Notes under the pieces: generated by a model
Told to the model about the DNA's origin: nothing
The model's database searches: none
The model's input: only the letters and a program-made list of their open reading frames with translations
Position numbers and translations under genes: made by a program
Shown here: piece after piece, positions 9,512-18,983 of the stretch
Position numbering within the stretch: the stretch's first letter is position 1
Layout: every line of letters begins with the position of its first letter
Virus record (IMG/VR): IMGVR_UViG_3300029305_005724
Location: 1 to 64,000 of that record
Direction: 5' to 3' (one strand)
DNA: 64,000 bases
Source of the DNA: a virus
Lineage: Duplodnaviria > Caudoviricetes

Positions 9512-10038
9512 CTGTTTTAACAATTCAAAGAGTGATGAATTCTATCACAAATCTTGTTAACAAATTTCCTGAGCTGACAGCTCTTAGCATCTATAACTGC
9601 GACTTCTGCGGAATAGAATGTGATAATAGAAAAGAGTATGAATCATTTACTCTTTCCAACCCTATAGGGTATACTGTTGGAATTCATACTGCTCCTGAAA
9701 TGCCATTCAATACGGTTGTGTTTGATTTTGATAATGCAATAATGGATGCAACGATTGATCTTAGCAATCCTAATTTTGAATGGCATTATAGTGGAGGCAG
9801 AAGAAAAGAATTATTGCTTGCAAGCATCAATAAAGCATTTTTGCTTAAAGATTTTTATCCTGATAAAGTAATCGTAGATGCAATCATAGTTCCTTATGGT
9901 TCTTTTTCAAATCTTATAGAAAGATTTGAAGATTATAGATATTTCTATGTCTATACTAATGCCGAAAAGGAAGCTTTGCAGGAAGAAAAGATTAAGGTTG
10001 CAGTTATACCTTATACTCTGAAAGTGGAAGGAGAATAA
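9508..10038 (+). CDS. Hypothetical protein, tandem family member 3
   Basis: FNTVVFDFDNA ... VAVIPYTL. Confidence 0.75.
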   Translation: MTVLTIQRVMNSITNLVNKFPELTALSIYNCDFCGIECDNRKEYESFTLSNPIGYTVGIHTAPEMPFNTVVFDFDNAIMDATIDLSNPNFEWHYSGGRRKELLLASINKAFLLKDFYPDKVIVDAIIVPYGSFSNLIERFEDYRYFYVYTNAEKEALQEEKIKVAVIPYTLKVEGE

Positions 10039-10040
10039 GA

Positions 10041-10538
10041 ATGATAACTAAGCTTGATGATTTGAGAGTCGTTATAAGTGAATTTACAAAGTTATCTACG
10101 GCATTTTATGATTCTGTATTGCATACCCCTAAGTCATTTATAAATATCATGGATGCATATGATACAGCAGATCAAAACTCTATAACAATCATGGCACCTA
10201 TACGCAATTCTGAATTATTATTTGATAGATTTGAAATCATATTTCAGAGAGAAGATAAATGCTCTATCAATGAAATTTATTTTCATACAGATTTGGCAAA
10301 AATTATTTCTATCAAAATTCTTACATATGGGCTTGAGGCATTAGAACTCCAAGAGGGATTTGAGAATTTCGCATTTATTCCAATCAAAAAGAGTATTCCA
10401 TCTTATATTACAGAAATTATTGTCAAGAATGGTCATATAAGATTTGAATCAACATCTACAGTTAATACAGATGATGAAATCAAATTCTACTGTGTTCCAT
10501 ATAGTTTCAATAAATATGGAATTAAAAAGGAGGAATAA
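10041..10538 (+). CDS. Hypothetical protein, tandem family member 4
   Basis: INEIYFHTDLA ... FYCVPYSF. Confidence 0.7.
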   Translation: MITKLDDLRVVISEFTKLSTAFYDSVLHTPKSFINIMDAYDTADQNSITIMAPIRNSELLFDRFEIIFQREDKCSINEIYFHTDLAKIISIKILTYGLEALELQEGFENFAFIPIKKSIPSYITEIIVKNGHIRFESTSTVNTDDEIKFYCVPYSFNKYGIKKEE

Positions 10539-10539
10539 T

Positions 10540-10737
10540 ATGATTTATTGCGTTCATTGTGATACAGCCGTGTTAGAGCATAACAGCATATCTCCTGGAA
10601 AAGATATTTTGATTTGTCCTATGTGTGGATCTATGTTTGAAAGAGAGGGAATCAAGTACAGATACCTTGGTAAGCTCAGTGGAGGTAATGCTGCTAGAGA
10701 ATTTTCACATATTCTCAATAATATTAATAAAGAATAA
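10540..10737 (+). CDS. Small zinc-ribbon protein
   Basis: MIYCVHC...CPMCG, AAGGAGGA RBS. Confidence 0.75.
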   Translation: MIYCVHCDTAVLEHNSISPGKDILICPMCGSMFEREGIKYRYLGKLSGGNAAREFSHILNNINKE

Positions 10738-10777
10738 AGAAGAGGAGTCATACGACTCCTCTTCTCTTTTTTTTTCA

Positions 10778-11104
10778 TTACTGACTTTTATTTTTTCTTG
10801 TGGTATTTTTTGCTACAGGCTCTTCTTCACCTTCAGGAATAGCTTCGAGCTCATGAAGATAGAAATAGTCCGCACTAAGATCGGGCTTTCTACATTCAAC
10901 CTGCTCTCGTCCGTAGTTAATAACTACAAGCTTGATTCCAGTAGCAATATGCCTTACAACCTGATTGAGTTGAAAAGGGCAATCTGTCATTCTACGATCA
11001 TAACTACCAATCCCCGTGCCCATGTGAGACTGGCTCCTCCCGTTATAATCGCTAGTTCGGCTTGTACCGAACTTCTGGTTGTAAAAATCATTGTTGTTAC
11101 TCAT
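10778..11104 (-). CDS. Small SH3-like/YodC-like hypothetical protein
   Basis: FQLNQVVRHIATG.KLVV...F..HELE pattern; GGAGG RBS; AACA-N6-TA at 11148-11159. Confidence 0.6.
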   Translation of the reverse strand: MSNNNDFYNQKFGTSRTSDYNGRSQSHMGTGIGSYDRRMTDCPFQLNQVVRHIATGIKLVVINYGREQVECRKPDLSADYFYLHELEAIPEGEEEPVAKNTTRKNKSQ

Positions 11105-11212
11105 AATTCCAGAACCTCCTCCAATAAGATAATTAAGGCAATGCCTTTACAAATTTGTTATAGTTATATAAAAATACAAGGTGGATAGAATATTCTATCC
11201 ACCTTATTTATT

Positions 11213-11611
11213 TTAATTACGAGGACAGGGACATCCATTATTAGCTCCGGATCCACTTTCATTATTATTAGAATTATTAGATCCTTTTAAATGTTCAAAT
11301 CCGGGCCAAGTCGGCAACTCTTCAGTATAAAAGTCTTCGATAATAGCAGTAATATACTCGATAGCCAATTCTCTAGGAATAGAAACCCAATAGCAAGGCA
11401 AGGTAAACACAATTCCCTTGGATACTACAGCTACGGTATTATAGCTATCACTTTCAATACTATGCCAATCTCTCATAAATACAAGAGATATCGTAATCTT
11501 ATTTACAGCATCTTTTAAATTACATACAAGATATGTATTTCTATCGACATCTGTAATAGTTTTTTCTGAAAAGAACTTATCAAGTTCATTCATCATCTGT
11601 TGAGTCATCAT
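11213..11611 (-). CDS. Hypothetical protein
   Basis: ORF in operon with virion genes. Confidence 0.7.
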   Translation of the reverse strand: MMTQQMMNELDKFFSEKTITDVDRNTYLVCNLKDAVNKITISLVFMRDWHSIESDSYNTVAVVSKGIVFTLPCYWVSIPRELAIEYITAIIEDFYTEELPTWPGFEHLKGSNNSNNNESGSGANNGCPCPRN

Positions 11612-11615
11612 TTAG

Positions 11616-14225
11616 TTATACCTCCTCTTCCTCAACCGGATAAGTTACGCCGGTTTCTTCTTCAGATGTATAAGTTTGATCTTTAATCTTAGGACTTGTA
11701 TACTTGTCTGCATCTGCAACAGGAAGAATTACCGCACCAGCAGAGTCGGTTCCATCGGCAATTATATTCGCAGCTGCATAATTAAATACAAAGTCCTTAG
11801 TTACATCTACTACAGGGTTAGCATAATACTGCTCACGAACAAGCTGAGTCATAACTTCACTTGCTGAAAGAGTCTCGCTATAAATGTCAACCTCAGTATC
11901 TGTAATATTTATATTCTTCTCAATACCGAATATAGATTCAGCATTGGAGTTAATGATTTTGGCAATCACTTTCTCCCAATTGGATTTATCGCTGCTCTTG
12001 AATTTTTCAGAAATTGCTGCAAAGTCAATATATTTACTTACGCAGAAATTCTTAATAGATTCTTCGGCAGACATAATTCTCATATGGGTAGCATCAATAT
12101 CGACAATATCTTCTTTAGCAATCTTTTTACCATTAACCCAAACCATATACATATCAGAACTAAGTCCATAATCAAGCAGCTTCTTATCTATGATAATATT
12201 GCCATTAGTTTTAAGAGTAGCATTCAGAACAATATCCTGAATAACGGTTGGAGTATAAATGACATCGAGTGTTGCTTCATTATCGATAGCAAATCTGAGA
12301 TATATATGCGTACTTGTAAATGGAACACTTGGGGAATTCGGAATAGCTAAATAATAGTACTCCGGAGATATTCTGCGTCCATTAATAAATACCATATATC
12401 TATTTTCATCATAGCAATATTTGAAAGGGGTTCCAAGATTAAATCTAAACTCTTCTCCTTCATATGCTATAGATGCATGAACATGAGCAAATCTATTACT
12501 ATGAGCAGCTTTAAGCAATTTACCATAATACTGCTCATCAGCAAGACTTATTTTAATTTTACCAGATTCATCCTTAGTCATAGTATTATCTACAACAAAG
12601 AATTGTCCTCCAGCCGGATTAAAGTTGAATCCATTCTCTACACCTTCTGGATACGTGTATTCAGAAGAGAATAGCTTTGTATTTTCATTCACGTACTTAT
12701 CATCATATGCTCTAAATGCAGAATCATCAGAAATCATGATATCGGATACATTATTATTAACATTTCCGAATCTTATAATCTCAATATTTGCATCAGTAGG
12801 AATAGATGTAATAGGAATGATTATTGTGTTTGCTTTATATTCAGCATGAATATTTTCAGAATAAAGCTCTCCATTAACCATAAGAAGAACTTTCTCCTCA
12901 TTATCCTGACCATTCTTAAGATTAATATGAGCGCGTTCTCTTCCTTTAACAAAAGTATTCATAAAATCATCAAAAGAATAATTTTCTACTTCAATATTGG
13001 AATGAAGTTGAACGCATTCATTAAAAATAGATTTATCATACTGAAGAAGAGTATCAATAGCAGCACTTACATTATCTTCATAGGACTTGGTTCTGTCCAT
13101 AGAAATTTGCAGCGGACTAGATAGGTCACTCCAGTATTCAGCAGTTTTTCCTTCCTTTACAAGATTAGCAATTTCGGAAGTACTAAGCTTGGAGAGGTTA
13201 TCAGCATTATCTGTATAATTTACATTATAGCTAATGACAAAATCCCAATAACCTTCAGGACTTGTTGCTCCATCAGCAATAGTTAAAACAACAGAATCAA
13301 AAACAATATTTGGAACAGATGGGATGTCTCCATCTAATTCATAGAATTCGAGCTTGTCTTCTTCATCCAATGCTAAAGGAGCAATGTCGTTATTCTTGAT
13401 AGCATATCTAGCTATCTTTATTTTTCTTATTTCACCAGTAGTTAATAGACCATTTGTAAACAGTACTACATTTTCACTATAGAGTTTGATACTGGTATCT
13501 GTGAGAATTTCTCTTCCGAGAATAGGCTCTGAAGATCTAAAAGAACCAAACTGCACTGTAGGATAATAGGTAGCTACTTTAGGTGGTGTCGCAGAAGGAT
13601 CTACCATAACCGGCATTGCATTATAAAATACATACTTTGCATCAGCATACGGAGTATATACTCCATTAACATCAAATCCGAAAAGCTGAATAGACTGACC
13701 AAAGTAGTCATTCTTATTCATATCAATCCAAAGTTGGCTATCTGTTTTCGCATATTTAAAGCACTCCGGAAGTGCAATTGTTTGTACGTAAATAGGAGCA
13801 ATTGCAATTTCTGCTAAAACCTGATTATCAGGAATTGTAATGATGAAATAGTAATTGCTATTATTAATTGCAACCTGGATATATTCCCAGGGAATGAAAT
13901 GACCATTAATGAATAACAGAGTTGGTTTAATGATTCTATTAGTCACTAATGTATTTAATCCAGTAGACTTTTCGTTATAATTTCTAAAATTACGAATATT
14001 TTTAGAATCTGCAAACTGGATATCGTAGAAATCCAAATAGTTCAGCTTAAGGCCTATTTGATTGATCTGATTTAAAATCTTCCTCTCGCTACCCACGATA
14101 TATTCTTTGACTGCATATGCAATCTGATCGCTTCTAACTTGAGGAGTATAATAAATTTGCTCACTCTTAAGCCTATCTGCTGATTTTGGCATATAGGAAT
14201 TAATAGTGTCAATTATTGTTTTCAT
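11616..14225 (-). CDS. Putative virion structural (baseplate-region) protein
   Basis: 869 aa, repeated (L/M)(L/V)F(I/V)NG beta motifs of the kind seen in jumbo-phage structural proteins. Confidence 0.5.
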   Translation of the reverse strand: MKTIIDTINSYMPKSADRLKSEQIYYTPQVRSDQIAYAVKEYIVGSERKILNQINQIGLKLNYLDFYDIQFADSKNIRNFRNYNEKSTGLNTLVTNRIIKPTLLFINGHFIPWEYIQVAINNSNYYFIITIPDNQVLAEIAIAPIYVQTIALPECFKYAKTDSQLWIDMNKNDYFGQSIQLFGFDVNGVYTPYADAKYVFYNAMPVMVDPSATPPKVATYYPTVQFGSFRSSEPILGREILTDTSIKLYSENVVLFTNGLLTTGEIRKIKIARYAIKNNDIAPLALDEEDKLEFYELDGDIPSVPNIVFDSVVLTIADGATSPEGYWDFVISYNVNYTDNADNLSKLSTSEIANLVKEGKTAEYWSDLSSPLQISMDRTKSYEDNVSAAIDTLLQYDKSIFNECVQLHSNIEVENYSFDDFMNTFVKGRERAHINLKNGQDNEEKVLLMVNGELYSENIHAEYKANTIIIPITSIPTDANIEIIRFGNVNNNVSDIMISDDSAFRAYDDKYVNENTKLFSSEYTYPEGVENGFNFNPAGGQFFVVDNTMTKDESGKIKISLADEQYYGKLLKAAHSNRFAHVHASIAYEGEEFRFNLGTPFKYCYDENRYMVFINGRRISPEYYYLAIPNSPSVPFTSTHIYLRFAIDNEATLDVIYTPTVIQDIVLNATLKTNGNIIIDKKLLDYGLSSDMYMVWVNGKKIAKEDIVDIDATHMRIMSAEESIKNFCVSKYIDFAAISEKFKSSDKSNWEKVIAKIINSNAESIFGIEKNINITDTEVDIYSETLSASEVMTQLVREQYYANPVVDVTKDFVFNYAAANIIADGTDSAGAVILPVADADKYTSPKIKDQTYTSEEETGVTYPVEEEEV

Positions 14226-15172
14226 ATAGATTCAGCCCCAATCATAAGCAATACTTTTGTAAATTCTGTCATATTAGTTCCGGCAACTTTCTCAACTGCC
14301 TTCTGGTTATTGAGATATGCTCCAACATATGCGTCTGTAATCATAGAAGCAAATGCAGGGAAAATCTCAAGAGCAAACACGGTTCCTGTTCCATAAATAT
14401 TCATCCATCTTTCAACAACAACATCAAGAGTTAGTTTATTAAGATGAAGAGCCGTGGAAAGAGTCTGGACAAAATAATTAATATTAAGCATAGACTCAGA
14501 CTTAATCTGAATATCTACAATTCCAGCATCTCTATCGGAGAGGCCAGAAATTTTCTTAGCAATACGGCGGCAACCTTCAGAAGTATGATCCTTGCCTAGA
14601 ATATTACTTAGATAATAGAGTGCTGTAAGATACATGCACTTATTTTTGGTAGAGGGCATGCTACTAATCTTGCAGCAGTAATCTACAACATGAGTAAATA
14701 CAGATGCAAATGCCGCAGCTCCAGTGCTCATAACTTTTGCATTAGAACAGATACGATCCTCATCTGCATAATAAATAAGAGTATGCATAGCAGATACAAG
14801 GTAAGAGATGAAGATATCGATATTATTGCCCTTGCAAACATATCTACCACTAGCATCATCGATAGTGATAATATTACTGCAATCAATAAATACCTTCATT
14901 TTATCCTTCTTAGGACCCTTAATATCTTTTGCACAGAAAACTTTAAATGCTTTAGAGAGAGGTTCTTCATTTCTCATAAGAATTACTTCTTTGGATTCAA
15001 GGACTTTTACGAGAGAATTACTAACCTGACGTCTCTTTACTTCATATTTGATATCTTCAAAATCAGGAGAGTTCTTATCAATCTCCTGTCCATTCATCAT
15101 ATACGAAAAGATCTTCTCCTCATACTGAGAATACTGACCGTATAGATAAGTTCCAGCATATGTTTTAGCCAT
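14222..15172 (-). CDS. Conserved-type jumbo-phage hypothetical (probably virion) protein
   Basis: AAGGAGG RBS; late-type motif at 15201-15212. Confidence 0.55.
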   Translation of the reverse strand: MAKTYAGTYLYGQYSQYEEKIFSYMMNGQEIDKNSPDFEDIKYEVKRRQVSNSLVKVLESKEVILMRNEEPLSKAFKVFCAKDIKGPKKDKMKVFIDCSNIITIDDASGRYVCKGNNIDIFISYLVSAMHTLIYYADEDRICSNAKVMSTGAAAFASVFTHVVDYCCKISSMPSTKNKCMYLTALYYLSNILGKDHTSEGCRRIAKKISGLSDRDAGIVDIQIKSESMLNINYFVQTLSTALHLNKLTLDVVVERWMNIYGTGTVFALEIFPAFASMITDAYVGAYLNNQKAVEKVAGTNMTEFTKVLLMIGAESI

Positions 15173-15303
15173 AGCAAAAACCTCCTTTATTTTTGTTAAT
15201 TAATGAAATGTTGACGCTATATGAAGCAAATTCAAGGATAATTTGTTATTAAAAATCAAGCCTGTAACACTTTTATAATAAAGTTATAAAAGGAGTTTTA
15301 CAT

Positions 15304-16023
15304 ATGAGCTTGATGATTGAAGCGCTTAGTTCTATGAATTATACAGCTCCAGACCAAGATGAAAGCCCTTATGTAAACAGTGATAATGTGCGAGTTCCGA
15401 GAGTTACAGAGATACTTTCACGAATGATGCACAAAGATGCATTAATGTATTGGGCTAATGCTCTTGGTTTTAAAGGACTAAGATACAAAACAGTTTTGGA
15501 TCAAGCAGCGCACACCGGCACACTGGCTCATGCTGCTATTGAACGATTTCTGAAAAAGAAACTAAAGACAGAAGATAATATTCCATTTTTAGGATTTTTA
15601 TCTTGGTATGATGAGATAACTATAACTCTCAATCTACCTATTGAACCTATTCTTATTGAAGAACGATTAGCTTGTCGCTGGTTTGGTGGCACGCTAGATG
15701 CCTTATTGAAAATAGGAAATAAGATTTATCTGGTTGATTTTAAGACTAGTAACCATGTGACTTTCTCATATTTTTGTCAACTTGCTGCTTATAGGTTTAT
15801 GCTCGCAAGAGTTTTGAACATTGAGATCGATGGAGTTATAGTGCTTCAACTAGATAAAGCGGAACCTGGTTTTAATGAGTATCTCTTGGATTTTTCTATT
15901 CAAGAGCATGCTGATTTTATGCTCCATTGCGAAGAAACATTTTTATCTTTAGTTTATGGGTTTTATAATGTGGTCAAAGCAGAAGAGCAATTTAAGAAAA
16001 TTTTTAAAGGGAGGTGTTCTTAA
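15304..16023 (+). CDS. PD-(D/E)XK (Cas4/RecB-like) exonuclease
   Basis: PRVTEIL, GT..H..IE, GGTLDAL, LVDFKTS, QLAAY motifs. Confidence 0.85.
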   Translation: MSLMIEALSSMNYTAPDQDESPYVNSDNVRVPRVTEILSRMMHKDALMYWANALGFKGLRYKTVLDQAAHTGTLAHAAIERFLKKKLKTEDNIPFLGFLSWYDEITITLNLPIEPILIEERLACRWFGGTLDALLKIGNKIYLVDFKTSNHVTFSYFCQLAAYRFMLARVLNIEIDGVIVLQLDKAEPGFNEYLLDFSIQEHADFMLHCEETFLSLVYGFYNVVKAEEQFKKIFKGRCS

Positions 16024-16499
16024 TGGCAATACATACTCATTTTGAAACTACTACCGAAAGAATCAAAAGAGTTTTTATTGAAAAAAGAGTAAATCCTCGA
16101 GATGAAGCATATCATTTCTTTTTTGGAATGCATCCGAAAGGAACAGGAAACATTGATAACGGTATAATCTGTGGATGTTTAAGATTTCTTAGAGATGATG
16201 TAGGGTTTACAGAATTTTCTTTTAATGATGGATCTGGGATTGTTATTTCCGATGCAAATGCTTGCATTAGTTATAAGCACAATGATTCGCAGGTCAAAAT
16301 CAATATTAGCAACATCAATAGTGTTGAATATTGCTCTTATGATATTACGGATAGAGATCATATTATTGGGCATGCAGAGTTAATGAATTATCATATTTGG
16401 AAAGAGCAGGCTGCATCTATGATGATGGAAGTTCTTGCCAGAATGCTATCGTATTATTATAATAGATATTACGTTGGCATTGATAGATATAAGTGGTGA
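16023..16499 (+). CDS. Hypothetical protein
   Basis: ORF coupled to upstream stop (TAATG). Confidence 0.7.
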   Translation: MAIHTHFETTTERIKRVFIEKRVNPRDEAYHFFFGMHPKGTGNIDNGIICGCLRFLRDDVGFTEFSFNDGSGIVISDANACISYKHNDSQVKINISNINSVEYCSYDITDRDHIIGHAELMNYHIWKEQAASMMMEVLARMLSYYYNRYYVGIDRYKW

Positions 16500-17107
16500 G
16501 AGTAACTATGGAAAATAGATTTATGGCAGATATTCTTATCAAATTCATTTATGAAATTCAAGAAATTAAAAACTCTAATGCATGGAAGATAATTAAAAAG
16601 ATCAAAATACGTAAAATAATCCAAAAATGCAAAAATGCACTTTATAATAGGCAATCTGGGATACAAAAATATACAAGTTTTGATATTATAAATCTTGCAT
16701 TACTCTACGATACTGCGCAAACAATGGGATTTATCCATGATGGTGATCTCGGAGATAGCTGCACTATTATATGTCATAAAGGAATTGCTAAATCCAGATG
16801 GCCTATGATATCAATTATTTCACTTGGGTTGACAGAATCTAATCAAATTACAATAGAAGCTGGAATGGATAATGAGTATGATAATACTGGTCATCTTAAA
16901 ATAGACTTTTCTATTAAATTTGAAGATAACTTGCAACCAGTTAGCAGAAATGATACTTGTCATCTAGATATTGATTCCATTGAGCTTTCTGACAAAATTG
17001 ATGTGGATAGTCGCAGGATTAATGTTCTTTTTCACATTATTCCTAATGCATATACCACATGTATTGAAGCTTTAATCGATGGAATGAAAGAGAGGTATTT
17101 AAAATGA
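16493..17107 (+). CDS. Hypothetical protein
   Basis: ORF in operon. Confidence 0.7.
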   Translation: MVRVTMENRFMADILIKFIYEIQEIKNSNAWKIIKKIKIRKIIQKCKNALYNRQSGIQKYTSFDIINLALLYDTAQTMGFIHDGDLGDSCTIICHKGIAKSRWPMISIISLGLTESNQITIEAGMDNEYDNTGHLKIDFSIKFEDNLQPVSRNDTCHLDIDSIELSDKIDVDSRRINVLFHIIPNAYTTCIEALIDGMKERYLK

Positions 17108-17616
17108 ACACAAAAGAAACTACGAACGTATTCATGAATATGATATACGAAAAAGTTCCTGAGCCAACTGGATTTAAAGGTTGGTGGAAATATAGAAAGT
17201 ATCAGAAGAAGCTTAGACGCTTTGTAAAAGATATTTCAAATGGCAGTCCTAGCTTTGGAATGCTTTGGAAAATGGCTGACTTTATCAAATTTGCCGAAGA
17301 GGTATTTTTCTTCGATAATTCTACAGAATCTTCGGAATCTCTTTACTCTTCCAGAAAATATGAAAGAGGCCAGAATGGTTTTAAGATTATAACAAATGAG
17401 TCGGTTATAGTTATAAAACTATACTCAAATGCTCAAAGAGTTGCTCTTGAGATTGATAGACTCAATGGAAATAAGCTAAGAAGTGCTCTTTCTTTTTCCC
17501 ATGAACAATGGGAGATGGAGCCTACACCGTATGAAGAAATGCTTCTTGAGCAGGTGATTAAAATCATTAATTCTAAAATGCTATCCCTGTTTTGGCGCTG
17601 CTATGAAGCCAGATAA
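17104..17616 (+). CDS. Hypothetical protein
   Basis: ORF in operon, ATGA overlap. Confidence 0.7.
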   Translation: MNTKETTNVFMNMIYEKVPEPTGFKGWWKYRKYQKKLRRFVKDISNGSPSFGMLWKMADFIKFAEEVFFFDNSTESSESLYSSRKYERGQNGFKIITNESVIVIKLYSNAQRVALEIDRLNGNKLRSALSFSHEQWEMEPTPYEEMLLEQVIKIINSKMLSLFWRCYEAR

Positions 17617-17654
17617 ATTGTTTTGAATACTTACAAGAACGCTAACAAAATAGT

Positions 17655-17735
17655 AGAGATTAAGGTATATCTTGCCATAGTCTTTACCCAAATTGTTTGA
17701 GGAGAGACTCTCAATGGGTCTCTCCTCATTTTATC
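17655..17735 (+). ncRNA. Candidate small antisense RNA / leader
   Basis: AACA-N6-TA 17644-17655, one anti-AUG module, hairpin tgaggagagac..gtctctcctca + T-run. Confidence 0.4.
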
Positions 17736-17750
17736 AATATGGAGGTATTT

Positions 17751-18890
17751 ATGACTTATTATCAGCATTCAAAACCATATAAAGGCTATGTGACAGAAGT
17801 TCACATTGCCGATATTCATTTCGGTTGCATAGATCCTGAAACCGAATATAATATACTGATGGAGCAGTTTATTAACAAAATTGCTCTTATTGATTTTGAT
17901 ATTTTATCTATAGATGGAGACTTGTTTGATAAGAAATTCTTAGCTAATTCACAGGCTGTATATTATGCTATTCAGTTTATGAATGAATGCGTTAGTCTCT
18001 GTATTCAAAAGAATGCAACTTTAATACTTATATCTGGAACTGAGAGTCATGATGCTGGACAACTTAAGCTGTTTCATCATTATGCAAATATGGAAAATCT
18101 AGATATTAGATTTGTAGAAAATGTGCATATGGAATATGTGCAAGGGCTTAAAATTCTCTGCATTCCCGAGCTTTATGGAAAGGGAGAAGAATATTATAAG
18201 TTCTTTTTAGAGGATGAATATGACACAGCTTTCATCCATGGAACTATTCAAGGTTCAGTATATGGAGCTGTTAGAGAAGATCTTAATTCGCCGAAATATC
18301 CCGTATTTTCTATCGATAGCTTTGCTGGATGCCGTGGTCCAATTATTTGTGGCCATGTACATAAGGCAATGTGCTTAAATGGATATATATATTATTGCTC
18401 TAATCCTATAAGATATAAATTTGGAGAAGAGGAAGATAAAGGATTTTGTATTGTACTTCATGATAAAATCAATGGCTATCATCATTTAGAGTTTATGCCA
18501 ATTGAATCATTTAGATATGATACAATAGATATTAGGACACTTGAATATCAAGACCCTAAAGCTGTATTCAACTATCTAGATACAGTTCTTTTAAATGGAA
18601 AAGATCATATACGAATTGATTTTGCCGGATTAAATGATCCTGCAACTCAGAAAATTTTTGAGCAGTATTATGCAAATAACCAATTCGTCAATATTAAAAG
18701 ATATGTAGACAAAGAGGGGCCAAAAATTAATACTACCGAAGAAATTCAATCGAAGTATTCTGATTTAGACTTTCTACTCGACCCTACGATGGATAGCTAT
18801 ACAAAATTTGTAAAGTTTATTAATCATAATATGGGCAGTCAATATATCACTGTGGAGCGACTTAAAGCCGTTCTTGCAGGAGGGTTGTAA
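17751..18890 (+). CDS. sbcD: SbcD/Mre11-like metallophosphoesterase nuclease
   Basis: ADIHFG, GDLFD, GTESHD, HGT, GHVH motifs. Confidence 0.85.
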   Translation: MTYYQHSKPYKGYVTEVHIADIHFGCIDPETEYNILMEQFINKIALIDFDILSIDGDLFDKKFLANSQAVYYAIQFMNECVSLCIQKNATLILISGTESHDAGQLKLFHHYANMENLDIRFVENVHMEYVQGLKILCIPELYGKGEEYYKFFLEDEYDTAFIHGTIQGSVYGAVREDLNSPKYPVFSIDSFAGCRGPIICGHVHKAMCLNGYIYYCSNPIRYKFGEEEDKGFCIVLHDKINGYHHLEFMPIESFRYDTIDIRTLEYQDPKAVFNYLDTVLLNGKDHIRIDFAGLNDPATQKIFEQYYANNQFVNIKRYVDKEGPKINTTEEIQSKYSDLDFLLDPTMDSYTKFVKFINHNMGSQYITVERLKAVLAGGL

Positions 18891-18983
18891 TAGTCCTAAA
18901 CCCATTAAAATAGGCACGTTTAGGAAATATTTTGTAGTTAAATATATTTCTTAAAACATATCAATACTTATAAAAATGAAAGG

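Noticed and set aside
15304-16023. Cas4 of a CRISPR adaptation module
   Set aside because: No cas1/cas2 or array nearby and no four-Cys Fe-S pattern; ordinary phage PD-(D/E)XK nuclease.
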